In this document: piece after piece, positions 11,423-25,320 of the stretch
Position numbering within the stretch: position 1 is the stretch's first letter
Layout of the letters: every line of letters begins with the position of its first letter
Source of the DNA: Octopus vulgaris
Taxonomy: Eukaryota
Direction of reading: 5' to 3'
Length of the DNA: 64,000 nt
NCBI GenBank assembly: GCA_951406725.2
Contig: OX597814.1
Coordinates: 496,001 to 560,000, forward strand
Notes under the pieces: model-generated
Seen by the model: only the letters and a program-made list of their open reading frames with translations
Databases searched by the model: none
What the model was told of the DNA's origin: nothing
Translations under genes and position numbers: made by a program

Positions 11423-11808
11423 TCTTTCAGTTTCTGTCTACCAGATACACTCACAGAGCTTTGTTCGGCCCGAGGCTATAGTAGTAGACAAGGTGCCACG
11501 CAGTGGGACTGAACCCAGAACCATGTGGTTGGTAAGCAAGCTACTTACCACACAGCTAGTCATGAAATTAACGTGCAAGTGGCTGAGCATTCCACAGACA
11601 CATGTACCCCTAACATAGTTCCCAGGGAGATTCAGTGTGACAAGGCTGGCCCTTTGAAATACAGGTGCAACTCATTTCTACCAGCTGAGTGGACGGGAGC
11701 AACGTGAAATAAAGTATCTTGCTCAAGGACACAACGTGTTGCCAAGAATTGAACTCACGACCTTACAACCGTGAGTCGAATGCCCTAACCACTAAGCCAC
11801 GCACCTTC
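11121..11808 (-). mobile_element. SINE family D interrupted by SINE family A (11181-11557)
   Basis: D 3' part at 11121-11180 resumes at 11558. acagct occurs at both junctions. tRNA-like head ends ~11808. Confidence 0.75.
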
Positions 11809-12334
11809 ACATATATATATGTATATAAATAATGTTCTACCCATGCCAGCATGGAAAGTGGATGTTAAACGATGATGATAAATATGGTGCAGCCTTCCAG
11901 TTTGCCAGCCCTGGTCAAACCATCCAACCCATGCCAGCTTGGACAACAGACGTTAAATGAAGATGATCACGCACACACATGGAAGTTGTTAGCATGCTAA
12001 GCTGTGATTTGGCTGTTATTTCTTGCAGGTCAAAGCAACTACTTAGTAACTCCATTGGGTTATATTATTGTATGTGTGTGTAATGTACAAAGGATAACAT
12101 TTTATATGTATCATCATCATCGTTTAACGTCCATTTTCTGCGCTAGCACGGGTTGGACGGTTCAACCAGGGTCTGGGAAGCCAGGGGCTGCACCAGGCTC
12201 CAGTCTGATCTGGCAGTGTTTCTACAGCTGGATGCCCTTCCTAACGCCAACCACTCCGCGAGTGTAGTGGGTGCTTTTTACGTGCCACCTGCACTATGTA
12301 TGTGGTATATATATATATATATACACACACACAG

Positions 12335-12797
12335 TATTCATATAAATACAGTGTACATTTAAACACATAAGAGGTATCCATCATAGGATTCCTTTCACGC
12401 TAGAAGGAACAGCTAAAGTCCAAACCACTATTAGGGATAAAAACTCAAAGGGAAGGAAAAATAAAAACATTTACCATCTATTACCTGGACTATGGTTTCA
12501 GACTTTTTTTTAGCAAATAAAATAAAATAAAATTAGGGTTATTTGCTAAAAAAAAGTCTGAAGCCATGATCCAATAGATAGAGGGTAAATGTTTTTATTT
12601 TTCATTCCCTTCAAGTTTTTATCTCTAATAGTGGTTTGGACTTTAGCTGTCCCTTCTAGCATGAAAGGAATCCTATTTTATGTGTTTAGATGTACACTGT
12701 ATTTTATATGAATAATATATAGTCTATTGACTAATTTTTCTATATGCTAGGCGACAGGTAGTAAACATTTCTATAATTCTTTATTACCCTGATATCA
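12335..12797. mobile_element. Foldback element (~180-bp arms) with unpaired Penelope-like tail
   Basis: 12335-12520 vs 12539-12714 imperfect inverted repeat. Tail 12715-12797 is homologous to 3450-3535. Confidence 0.75.
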
Positions 12798-12910
12798 TTA
12801 TATATATATATATGTATATATAGTTAATCCAAACAAGAAAGCACAAAAAAACACAACAACAAGGACATAGAACAAATATAGTATTATTGGACGCTCAGGA
12901 AAGAAGGAGG

Positions 12911-12945
12911 GTTTAACGTTTTGAGCAGAGCTCTTCATCGGAAAC
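12911..12945 (-). ncRNA. Minimal type I hammerhead motif (degenerate) in a Penelope-like end
   Basis: Minus strand GUUU-CCGAUGA-A-GAGC-UCU-GCUC-AAAA-CG-UU-AAAC. Stems I and II are perfect; U4C and G12A in the core. Confidence 0.6.
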
Positions 12946-13213
12946 ATAGGCAAAGGGAAGACAGGGGAAAAAAATCGCCAACAGTACACACACATACTTT
13001 TGTAATGTAAACAAGCTTCTTCTTGGTCCTTTATCTTCACAACCCCCCTCTAATAAACAATAGACATTCTACTATATCTGGATCTCATTTAGAGTTTTTC
13101 CTTTTCCCAACTACTCCACTGTATTTGCATTTAATTTAACTTGTGTCATAAGTCTACCCACAAACACACACGCACACACACACACCCTCTCTCTCTCTCT
13201 CACTCTCTCTCTC

Positions 13214-13259
<46 letters not shown>

Positions 13260-13762
13260 CTTGCAGTCAACAGCCACCACTACCCTCCTGCATACCTTAC
13301 AGACCAATAAGGGTGCTTCTCACCCTGCTGCAAACAGCAACTGAACTTTCTTCCCTTAAATTCCGCTCTTCTTACCATTCTTCTTCTGTTGCTAATTTAG
13401 ACAACATTGGCTGACATAATATTAGATACATACAGCCTGAATAATAGTTGGGATGGTCATGGCTGGAATGCTTTTGAACACATGAGTATTTAATTAGGGC
13501 TTACTTGAATGTAAACAACAACAACGATCCTACCTCTTGGTCATGTGATACTAAGTAACATTACCAAGACATTGCATCATACACGCACACACACACACAC
13601 ACACACACTGACGTTACAGTGTTATGGTAACAGATGTCTGCCTCATATATTTTGGTTTCTTCGCGTTACCCTATCTTGGGTGCCTCAACTGCTGAGCTGC
13701 TCCCAGTTTGTAGATTTTTCATCTTTTACTTGTTTCAGGTGTTTGATTGCAGCCATGCTGTG

Positions 13763-14240
13763 ATGCCAGTGCCACCCGACTGGCTCCCCGTGCTGGTGGC
13801 ATGCATGGGTTGTTGCTAGTGCCACCTGACTGGCTCCCCGTGCTGGTGGCATGCAATAAGCACCATGCATGCATGGGTCGTTGCCAGTTCCACCTGACCG
13901 GCTCCCCGTGCTGGTGGCATGTAAAAAACACTATCCGAACATGGTCAATGCCATCCCCCCTCCCCCTACTCTGCCCCAACTGGCTCCTGTGCCAGTAGCA
14001 TGTAAAAAGCACCATCCAAATGTGGCCGATTCCAGTGCCACCTAAGTGGCTCCTGTGCTGGTGGCACATAAAAAACAACCACTACACTCTCGGAGTGATT
14101 GGTGTTAGGAAGGGCATCCAGCTGTAGAAACACTGCCACATTAGATTTGGAGCCTGGTGTGGCCTCCTGGCTTGCCAGTCCCCAGTCAAACTGTCCAACC
14201 CATGCTAGCATGGAAAACGGACATTAAATGATGATGATGA
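13763..14240 (+). mobile_element. RTE-LINE 3' end (family B), about 5 tandem units
   Basis: Repeated gccagtgccacctgactggctccccgtgctggtggca units and a (GAT)n tail. Confidence 0.85.
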
Positions 14241-14889
14241 TCTTTTTTGCTAAACTAAGTTTCAGGGATGTAAACACCCCAACACCACAATGGGCTTCTT
14301 TCACTTTCTGTCTACCAGATTCAGTCACAAGGCTTTGGTCAGCCTTGGGTTATGGTAGAAGTCACTTGCCCAAGGTGCTATGCTGTAGGACTTTCAGTAT
14401 ATGATTAACGGCATGTAGGGTAAATACCTGAGGTTTTGATGCCATTAATGATATGCAGAGCACTTCTCTCCTGCCCCTCATCAGCTGCTCTGACCAAATG
14501 GCTGTGTGATCAGTTGTTAACTTTGCATTTGCATTCTTTTCATGATTCAGAACCTACTGAGTGCCAGTTTAGCTAAATGTTTCATACAATGGCCTCTCAG
14601 ATCATCATCATCATCATCATTTAACATCCGTTGTCCATGCTGGCATGGGTTGGACTGTTTGACCAGGGCTGGTAAGCTGGGAGCCTGCACCAGACTCCAG
14701 TCTGATTTGGCATGGTTTTCTACGGCTGGATGCCCTTCCTAATGCAGACCACTCCAAGAGTGTAATGGGTACTTTTATGTGCCATGACTGCAATTTTGCT
14801 CAGCTTCATAGGTCTTCTTCTCAAGCACAACATAATGCCAAAGTTCTTGGTCATTGCCTCCTGGAGAAACTGCACAGAAGCCTGTCAAC

Positions 14890-15210
14890 ATACTTGGCTT
14901 AGTGGTTAGGGTGTTTAGTTCACAATCGTAAGGTTTTATGTTTGATTCCCAGACGCATGTAGTGTCCTTGAGCAAAACCCTTTATATCACATTGCTCCAG
15001 TTAATTTATCTGACAATAATTACTTGTACCTGTAATTCAAAGGGGCCAACTTTGTCACATTCTGTCTCATGCTGAATCTCCCTGAGATCTACATTAAGGA
15101 TCTGTGTCTTTGTGGTCTACTCAGCCACTTGTCAGTTAATCTCCCAAGCAGGCTGTTCTGTTGATCGGATTGACTAGAACCCTCATCATTCTAACTGATT
15201 GAGGGCCAGT
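14890..15210 (+). mobile_element. tRNA-derived SINE family D
   Basis: tggcttagtggttaggg (A box), gtttgattccc (B box), gtgtccttgagcaa, tail ggctgttctgttgatcggat. Confidence 0.8.
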
Positions 15211-16169
15211 TAAGAAGCCTGTTAAAAGGAACATCCCTGTTCTCGGGTGACGCACCTAATCATGGGGGCAGTTCAGCACCACCACCTAGATCATAGGTAC
15301 CTTTATGAGAAGTATTGAGGCCAGGTTTTACTTTCCTTCCACTTGTCTCAAATTCTCTTCGGAGGAGATGTGGGTGCTCCTCGTACATGTTGTTTTAAGG
15401 GCTCATATTTCCTGATGCCAATATTTCAGTGTTGCATAAGCCAGAATCATTAACCATGTCACAAAAAATGCTTAATAGCATTTCTTCTGACTCTGCATTC
15501 TAAGTTCAAATTCCACCAAGACGGATTTTGCTTTCATCCTTTCGGGATCGATAAAATAAGTACCAGGTAAGCATGAGGGTCAATGTAATCAACTTAAACC
15601 CTACACCCCCTCAAATTACTGGCCTTGTACCAAAATTTGAAGCCCATATTTCAGTGTTGTGCCTCTACTAGAGTCAGAGGTGGAGGTGGTTTTGGGCTGT
15701 ACAGCTCTTCACTAAACACCGAGATTAAATGTTGTCACTTTAACTTTTGACTAATGACCATATTTTGCAGGTTGTTGTGGCTGATACCAGTGCTGCCTGA
15801 CTGGCACCCATGCCAGCGGCACATAAAAATGCAGGCCAATGCCTCGGCTGGTGGCATGTAAAAGGCACCATTTGAGCGTGGCACATAAAAAGCACTATTC
15901 GAGCATGATCAATGCCAGTGACACACATAAAAAGCACCCATCACGTTAGGAAGGTATCCAGCTGTAGAAATCTTGCCAGATCAGATTGGAGCCTTGCTTG
16001 CCAGTCCTCCATCAAACCGTCCAACCCATGCCAGCATGGAAAGCGAATGTAAAATGATGATGATGATGATGATGTTGAGTGAAATCATTAAACAATGGCT
16101 ACCTATCTGGTTTGCTGTCTGGGGTTTTATGGTCGTACACAACACTATATTTTTCACTGTTCATTTTAA

Positions 16170-16560
16170 CCCTTTAGTGTTCAGATTATTCTATCAAACA
16201 TAATGCCTATTGATTCCCATTGATTTGAATTAATCATGCATTATCTCATATCTTCAAGATCTTGATGGTGTAATTAGTTTGTTTTTTTTTGTACCCTTAT
16301 TTTGACATCAGCAAAGTTGTTCATTTCTAGTCTTCTGTGAAAAATATGTCTGGCAATAGAGGGAAAATGGTCTTGCTTGGAAACAGCTGAGGGTTGGTGA
16401 CAGAAAGAGCATTCGGCGGTAGAAAATCTGCCTCAAATTCTGCCTGACCCCAGGAGCAATCTTGAAAACTGGACATTGTAGGGTAGGTGTGAGAGCCTGG
16501 ATCTGGTCAGTTTGAACATAAAACAGATTAAATATTTTGGCCGGTTTAAATACTAAAGAG
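16170..16560. mobile_element. piggyBac-type MITE family F (TTAA|CCCTTTAG...CTAAAGAG|TTAA) carrying a 185-bp insertion
   Basis: TTAA flanks and short TIRs; homologous copies at ~42739-42968 and ~44690-45058. Confidence 0.75.
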
Positions 16561-16906
16561 TTAACTCTCTTGCAATTATTCGTGAGGCACATAATAGCAC
16601 CCTGTCCACTACTGACCACCCACTAGCACACAGTGGGCAAAAAAAAAAGACTTTTGTTAAAGATTTCTCTCTTTTCCGCCCCGCCCCCCTGGACATTTGA
16701 CGACGATGATGATGTGTGTGTTTGTGCCTCCCCCTGTAACTTAGCAGTTCAACAAAACAGACCGACAGAATAAGTACCATGCTTAAAAAAGAAGTGCAAA
16801 CGTTGATTCATTTGACTAAAAATTGTTGATGGGGATGCCCCAGCATGGCCACAATTCAATGACAAACAAGTAAAAGATGAAAACGTGTTTGTATATATGC
16901 AACGTC

Positions 16907-16937
<31 letters not shown>

Positions 16938-18514
16938 TGTTACGTAGGATCTAGAAATAGCAGTGTTTGAGATGTTCTGAGTAAACAGTTTTTATTTGTT
17001 TTGGGTTGTTTTTGTTTCCTTTCATGTTTTTGTTTCTTTGCACTCGATGTTTATTTCCTGGTTCATTTAGTGACCAACTTCGTTTCCTCCGTTAGTCACT
17101 TTACTAACACCTTTACTAACATTACTACCTTATAATGGTGTCTTGTCTGTTCGTTCTGTGTAATTTTCAAAATACCAAGCTATTTCACAATCATTCTTCA
17201 ATTCTAGGTCACACTGCCAGTTTGACCTTTGTAGAATTCTCGTTTTGTGTGTGTTTTTTCTTATCTTTTATTGTCTTGTGACATAATGAAACCAGCTTAA
17301 TGACTGTATTGATTAACAAGATAAGATGAAATGATTTGCGTACATAATACCATACCTTTATATTGTAAGTTCAAAATACACCCAGGTTAACTTTGTCTTC
17401 CATACTTCTGGGGTTGATAGAGCAAGTTGCAGTGAAGCGGAAGTAAGAGCAACAATGCCCTTCCTTCAAACTCTGTAATTTGGATCTTAAACCTTTCATT
17501 ACCATATTTCTGTTGAAATACACTGCCTTGAAAATAACAAAGAATTTAGCAAAATAATCTTATTGTGCCTTAGAAGGGTCATTATGCCAATAACAACACA
17601 CTCACTGATTCCATATCACTTCTTTATTGTTAATCAATTGTTTAAATATCTAACCAACTTACGAATCAACCATTTGTTTCATGTGCTGGTTATACAGTCA
17701 ATCAGTTGTTTGTGGAAGTCCCTTTGTTGCTATTCATGACTTCTTCAAGGTAACAATAAAGAAGTGATATTGAACCAGTGTGTGTGTGTTATTATTGGTG
17801 TAATGATCCTCCCAAGACTAGATTTCACATCAAGAATCTTGCAAACCAAATACAAAAACGAAATTAACGAAATAACTTTATCATTATTAAACTGGTGTAA
17901 CTTGGAATTTGGATTGAAAGTGCAAATGTGGCTCTGTGGTTATGAAGCAGGCTTCCCAAGCATGTAGCCTTAGGTTCAGTCTCACTATGCACCAGTTTGA
18001 GCAAGTGGATTTGGTAGATAGAAATTGAAAGGAACTTATTGTATATACACGTGTGTTTTTATGGACCCTTACTTTGACATCAGCAAAGTTGTTCATTTCT
18101 AGTCTTCTGTGAAAAATATGTCTGGCAATGGAGGGAGAATGGTTTTGCTTGGAAACAGCTGAGGGTTGGTGACAGCAAGAGCATTTGGCGGTAGAAAATC
18201 TGCCTCAAATTCTGCCTGACCCCAGGAGCAATCTTGAAAAGTGGACATTAAATCTAATTGATGAAACAACTGGACAAATCATCACTGAAAATGTTTTTAT
18301 GTCCATTTTTCCATGCTTTCATGGATCAAATGGAAGATTTTCTAAGACAAGGTGCCCTTCTTGTCACCAAACCTCCCTTGTTTCCAAGCAGGGTAATATT
18401 TGCCCCATGGCCAAACATGTTTTTTCACAGAAGACTAAAAATGAACAACATTGCTTGTATGATGGTGATGCTCATTTACAGCCATCATGTGATGTCAAGA
18501 TCAGAGTGTACGCG

Positions 18515-18547
<33 letters not shown>

Positions 18548-18566
18548 GATGAGCTTCTTTCAGTTT

Positions 18567-18800
18567 CTTATTTCTTTATTGCCCACAAGGGGCTACACAC
18601 AGAGGGGACAAACAAGGACAGACAAACGGATTAAGTCGATTACATCGACCCCCAGTGCTTAACTGGTACTTACTTAATCAACCCCGAAAAGATGGAAGGC
18701 AAAGTTGACCTCGGTGGAATTTGAACTCAGAACATAGCGGCAGACGAAATACCGTTAAGCATTTCACCCGGTGCACTAACGTTTCTGCCAGCTCACTGCC
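18567..18800 (-). mobile_element. tRNA-derived SINE family C
   Basis: Reverse complement of gagctggcagaaacgttag...tctgagttcaaattccaccgaggtcaactttgccttccatc. Confidence 0.85.
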
Positions 18801-20671
18801 CTTCTTTCGGTTTCTGTCCATCAAATTCTCTTCCAAGGCATTGTGTCGTCCCATGGCTGCCCAAGGGACATTCAGTAGGATTGAACATGAAACCATGAGG
18901 TTAGGAAGCAAGCCTCCCACCCACATTCCCATGTTTACTTTGAGTGTGATGGACTTTTCGCAACCCAATTCTTTGATTGGAAACACTTAGCAAGATATTG
19001 CACTGTGGAACTCAGCCTGGACTGGCATGGTTGGAGTTGGAGCTTCTTAACTGCACAGTCACCCCTAGCCCCACATCCATCCATCCATTCATACATACTT
19101 ACAGTTGAGATACACTAATGCCAGCCTGATTGCACCTCTGACATGTGGTATATCCAGCCTTGCTGACATGCCATACTGTATCCTCTACTGCAACATGAAC
19201 TGTAACACTCATACAGTATAGGTGAATGTGTTGTGAGTTAGGGATTAGTGACATAGTTGTTTAGTATGGAACTTAGGAAGTGTGGTGTGGCCTTGATTCT
19301 GTGCTTGTTGATTAACTCAGGTTAGCTTTGATGAGACACAGGTGTTGTGTGGGTTTATGAAAGAGAGTAACACCTTTACAGTATTTGTATACAAGAGAGA
19401 GAGAGCTGCTTCTGTAATGTGTGGGTTTTGAGATAGCTCTTTGCCGTGTGTATGGGTGGCAGAAAGAGGGGTAAATGATCAGTAATACAGAAGGTGGAGG
19501 AGGGGGGGTCTCTGTGCTGTATATCTGTGAGCAGGGCCTTGAAATTAGTCCTCTGTTTGTAATTAAATTGTGTATTTATAAGATTGATTAATAAAAACAC
19601 ACAGCAAACATAGTCACCAGGCTGTTTTTTAGTATCCTAATTGGTTGGAAGCCTTTAGCGATGCCATTGTGGAATTTTGTATTATTAACAAAATAGAATA
19701 AAAATTACATTGTTAAAGATGGATTAATTTTATTCCTACCAAAATATATTGAAGAAAATCTGTATCTGTAGAATAGGGGCTTAAGTCAAAAATTGACATC
19801 TTAGAAATGGGACTGTTTCTCTCAGATCTTCCTTCACAAACTATTAATCCCTTCTGTCCCCAAATTTCTGTTGAAATTAAATTTAATAAAATTAAGGCCT
19901 TAATTTTATTAAATTTTGATAAAGACAAAGAATTTAGTATAACTTTGTCTGGTGTTTAGAACATAAATGAATATGAAATCTTGGAGGAAAGTTTTAATGC
20001 AGATCTCTTTGACCCTTCTGTTACCTTATTTCTGGTGAAGTACACTGGATTTGTTTCACTTAATATCGAAAATAATGAAGAATGTTGTAAAATAACTGTC
20101 TTTATTGAAATTGGTGTTTAGAATACAAATTAACATGAAATCTTGAATATTTTAAATAGAAAAGCTATTAGTTCTAAATCTCTGAACAAGAAGCAGGCAG
20201 CAACAGTACAATAGAGTTTATTTGCCAACATAAAGTGGCAGTCCTGATTAGGATCAGTGTTGCTGTTATTTACTGTCAAATGTGAAGTTTATATCATAGA
20301 ACCAGGAGCAATTTTGGATGGGTTGCTATGAAAAGGGTTAAGAAGTTTGTATGTTGGGGACCAGAGGTGCAGTTCAAATGTGTATCATTCTGTAAAACAA
20401 ACTCCTATTTAACCCTTTTGTTATGAAGGAGCAGCTTCGGGTGGCTTGGTCCCAAAAGGATTAAATTTGTTTTGAGCATTTCTAGTGCAGGGAACAAATT
20501 AGTCTCTGTGAAACTGGAAATTTTAATGCATCCTATCAGTTTATATTTTTTATGACACCATCCCCAGTAACCCAATAACTGGTTCCAACTTCTAACTCCT
20601 CAGCCTTCTCTGTGTGTGCGTGTGTGTGTGTTATCCTTAAGTCTGTAATATTTGTCTGATATTTCTGTTCA

Positions 20672-21305
20672 GTAAGGCAGCAAGATGGCAGAAACGTTAG
20701 CACGCCAGGCAAAATGCTTAACAATATTTCATCTGTCTTTACATTTCGAGTTCGAATTCTACAGAGGTCGACTTTGCTTTTCATCCTTTTCTGGTCGATA
20801 AATTAAGTACCAGTTGCATACTGGAGTCAATCTAATTGACTGGCCCCTCCCCCAAAATTTCGGGCCTTGTGCCTAGAGGATAAAAAAAATATTTCTAGAG
20901 TCATAAGGTGGTGAGTTGGCCGAATCATTAGCACGCCGGGCAAAATGCTTAGCAGTATTTCGTGTGCCACTACGTTCTGAGTTCAAATTCCGCCGAGGTC
21001 GACTTTGCCTTTCAACCTTTCGGGGTTGATTAAATAAGTACCAGTTACGCGCTGGGGTCGATATAATCAACTTAATTCATTTGTCTGTCCTTGTTTGTCC
21101 TCTCTGTGTTTAGCCCCTTGTGGGTAGTAACGAAATAGGTATTTAATCTGTCTGTACATTCTGAGTTCAAATTACGGCAAGGTCAACTTTGCCTTTCATC
21201 CTTTCGTGATCGATAAATTAAGTACCAGTTGTGTACTGGAGTCAGTCTAATCGACTGGCCTCCTCCCCAAAAATTTCAGTTCTTGTGCCTAGGGTAGAAA
21301 AGGAT
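20672..21305 (+). mobile_element. Cluster of family C SINEs (monomer plus dimer)
   Basis: Three gagttcaaatt...aggtcgactttgcctttcatcctttc...taagtaccagtt units with two alternative tails. Confidence 0.85.
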
Positions 21306-22057
21306 ATTTCTGTTCAGTATGTGTAGTATCCTGTGTCTGGTATTTCTGTGCTATATGTGTGTGTGTGTGTGTGTGTGTGCTGTGTCTCTATAGATCTTAT
21401 TATATATGCTGAAGTAATATTAGAAAAAAACTGGCTTGGAGTAGTAGATACTTGACCTACATTTAACATGGGGTGGATGAAGATAGTACAACTAACTAGT
21501 ATGGGTGGGGAGGGGGGCTAAGGTTGCAAGACATGTTTAATAGGTTTATAATGCCACTGCTGCTGCTGATGATGATGATGATTAACATGGTAATGTCATT
21601 TGTTATTTGATTCTCCTTGTACATGTTAGATTCTCCATCAGCTTTTCTCTTGAGGACAACCTTTTTACTCTGTTAATTTTCATGTTTCTTTTTATTTCTT
21701 TAATCCCAAAACTTCTAGTTTTGAGGTTTCTAAACTATTTCTCTCTCTCTCTCTCTCTCTCTTCTGTAGCTTATTTCATTCTAAAAGCAGCAGCAGGGGC
21801 ACCTCCTCCTCTCTTGCTTTTCCAATGTCCATGACTTTTCTCCTACTACCGCTTACACCCCTCTGCCACCTTTGGAAGTGTCTGTAAGGCTACCATTCTC
21901 CCCAATGGTTATCTCCAATACGGCACCACTCACACTTTTCTTTGCAGATGTGTCAGTCTATCTAGTTTTATCAACATGACCTGTCCTCTTGGAAATAACC
22001 CCAGTTCCAATATCCACCACACACACGCACACACACTATTTTTCAAAGTTTCTATAG

Positions 22058-22625
22058 TGCAGGAGTGGCTGTATGGTAAGTAGCTTGCTTACCAACCTCA
22101 TGGTCCCGGGTTCAGTCCCACTGCATGGCACCTTGGGCAAGTGTCTTCTATAGCCTTGGGCCAACCCAAGCCTTGTGAGTGCATTTGGTAGATGGAAACT
22201 GAAAGAAGCACAACATGTATATGTGTATTTGTGTGTCTGTTTTTCCCCCCACCATTGCTTGACAACCGATGTTGGTGTGTTTATGTCCCTGTAACTTATC
22301 AGTTCAGCAAAAGATACCGATAGAATAAGTACTAGGCTGAGGTTGTTTTGCTCGACTAAAGGTGGTGCTCCAGCATGGCTGCAGTGAAATGACTGAAACA
22401 ATAGAATAAAAGAATACACACACACATACATACATGTATATGTCTGTGTGTCTCTCTGTCTGGGCTTGTCTCCCACTACCGCTTGTGTACATGTCCCCGT
22501 AACTGAGCAGTTCAGCAAAAGAGATGAATAGAATAAGTACCAGGGTCGATTCATTCGACTAAAAATTCTTCAAGGCATTGCCCCAGCATGGCCACAGTCT
22601 AATGACTGAAACAAGTAAAAGATTA
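22058..22625 (+). mobile_element. SINE family A with a tandem partial 3' half
   Basis: Family A head, body and tail, followed by a second tail. Confidence 0.8.
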
Positions 22626-22688
22626 AACATTCTGCCACCACTGCTACTTTATTGCTGGATGTCTCTCCACTCGTGTGTGTGTGTGTGT

Positions 22689-22729
<41 letters not shown>

Positions 22730-23386
22730 CACATATATATAAAACATAGCACAGACATGTGAGAGTTCCAATTGTCAGAATGCAAGCAATTAGTATGACT
22801 ACCAGTCGTTATGTCAATATTATCATCTCTCTACATATAAAGTTTGGTTTTATACTTAATATATTGTAATAAAGTCTTTTACTGCTACATCCCCCCCTTT
22901 CTTACTTACTTCCCCTACCACCACCACCACCCCTGCAATAAGCCACCATCTAACAACAATATATATATACACCCAGTTCTATAGACCCTGACCTTCCTCT
23001 AACAAACACAACCAATCAATAATCGTATTCACACACATCTCACTGACTCACTTTATTTCTGAGGTTACTACTCTTCCTTCTTTTTTTCCTTTTTCTTTCT
23101 TCTTTTTATGTATTCCAAGCAATTTCTCCAGCCACAGACTGTGTGAAATTTACTTTCTCATACCATTATCACCATCATCATCATCATCGTTATTAATAGC
23201 AGTGTGCGTTCTTCTTTAATGCCAAAGTAATATATGTCTGTGTGTGTGTGTTTAGCAAGAATGAGTTTAACCTGCAGTGGTCAGTGGCACATATTTGAAC
23301 AACAACAACAAGTATATCAAATACCATACAACAGTGGTTCGCAACTGGGGGTCCATGTAAGATTCTGTTGTCAAAATTTATGAATA

Positions 23387-23945
23387 GGCATGGCTGTGTG
23401 GTAAGAAGCTTTCTCCCCAACCACATGGTCCCGGGTTCAGTCCCACTGCGTGGCACCTTGGGCAAGTGTCTTCTGCTATACCCTTAGGCCGACTAAAGCC
23501 TTGTGAGTGAACTTGGTAGACGGAAACTGAAAGAAGCTCGTCATGTAAAAGCACCCACTACACTCTCAGAGTGGTTGGCATTAGGAAGGGCATCCAGCAG
23601 TAGAAACTCTGCCGGATCAGATTGGAGCCTGGTGCAGCCATCTGGTTCACCAGTCAAACTGTCAACCCATGCCAGCATGGAAAGCAGACGTTAAATGATG
23701 ATATATGCATGTTTGTGTGTCTGTGTTTGTACCCTCACCATCACTTGACAACCAATGTTGGTGTGTTTACCCCACCTCCATAACTTAGCAGTTCGGCAAA
23801 AGAGGCCAATCAAATAAGCACTGGGCTTACAAAAGATAAGTCCTGGGGTCAATTTCTTCAACTAACACCCTTTAAGGCGGTGCTCCAGCATGGCCACAGT
23901 CAAATGACCGAAACAAGTAAAATAATGAAATAAAATAAAAGAATA
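23387..23945 (+). mobile_element. SINE family A with nested family B fragment (23543-23702)
   Basis: Family A is interrupted at its internal microsatellite by a B 3' end with a GAT tail. Confidence 0.8.
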
Positions 23946-24026
23946 AATTGCTTCTACTCCTCCAATACACCAAACATTAAAATTTTTTTAATACAGTTTC
24001 TAATAATATTTAATTATGAAGATATA

Positions 24027-24405
24027 GGCACAGGAGTGGCTGTGTGGTAAGGAGCTTGCTTACCAGCTACATGGTTCTGGGTTCAGTCCCACTGCGTGGC
24101 ATCTTGGGCAAGTGTCTTCTGCTATAGCCCCGGGCCAACCAATGCCTTGTGAGTGGATTTGGTAGACGGAAACTGAAAGAAGCCTGTCGTATATATGTAT
24201 ATATATGTGTGCCTGTGTTTGTCCCTCTAGCATCGCTTGACAACTGATGCTGGTGTGTTTACGTCACCGTCACTTAGCAGTTCGGCAAAAGAGACCAATA
24301 GAATAAGTACTGGGCGTACAAAGAATAAGTCCTGGGATCGATTTGCTCAACTAAAGGCGGTGCTCCAGCATGGCCGCAGTCAAATGACTGAAACAAGTAA
24401 AAGAG
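24027..24405 (+). mobile_element. Full-length SINE family A
   Basis: ggcacaggagtggctgtgtggtaag...caaatgactgaaacaagtaaaagag. Confidence 0.9.
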
Positions 24406-25261
24406 TATATAATAGAACTTTTAAAAATTAGAATAGCTGTGGGAGTCTGAGTAAAACGGCTGAAAGGGGTCCATCAGTACCAAATGGTTGAGAAAGACTG
24501 ATACCAAATAAATTTTTGATTTATTAAAATTATCTGCTCCTCTTAGAAGATGTGTCACAATTACCAAATGGTAACTGTGACCAGATCCATAGGAGAAGGA
24601 GAGATCATCTCAAGATTCAAAGATTGTTGACGTGAAATTGAGGGGAAAAAACAGTCAGGCTCATTGTTGTGGACATGCGTTTCTGCCTCAGTAGCAATCA
24701 TCAACACAACAATTGTGCTCAACTACTTCCAGCAGCCAAGGGACATGGACATTTATACAAAAAGAGTCAAGCACATTTATGGCCCCAGTATTTAGCCTAA
24801 ATCAACCCTTAAATAAGTTCAGAGTAGCCACCCGAGTCTTCCCTCTGTTGAAACTCCTGACTTCTACATTTTAAAAATGTGAGAGAATCAACAGATGGCA
24901 GCCTCAGCTTCAAATAAATTGATAAGCACTATCACCTTTATTGAGTACTACTATTCCTGTTTCTCATGTAAAATGTTTGCATTCATATTTTGTCTTTTAC
25001 CTGTTTCAGTCATTAGACTGTGGCCACGCTGGGGCACCGTCTTGAAGAATTTTAGTTGAATGGCTTGATCCTAGTACTTATTTAAAAACAGGTGTGGCAG
25101 GCATAGTTGTGACTGTGTGTTAAGAAGATTGCTTCCCAACCACATGGTTCCAGGTTCAGCTCCACTGCATGGCACCTTGGTCAAGTGTCTTCTACTATGG
25201 CCTCATGCCAACCAAAGCCTTGTGAGTGGATTTGGTAGGTGGAAACTGAAAGAAATCCATC

Positions 25262-25320
<59 letters not shown>

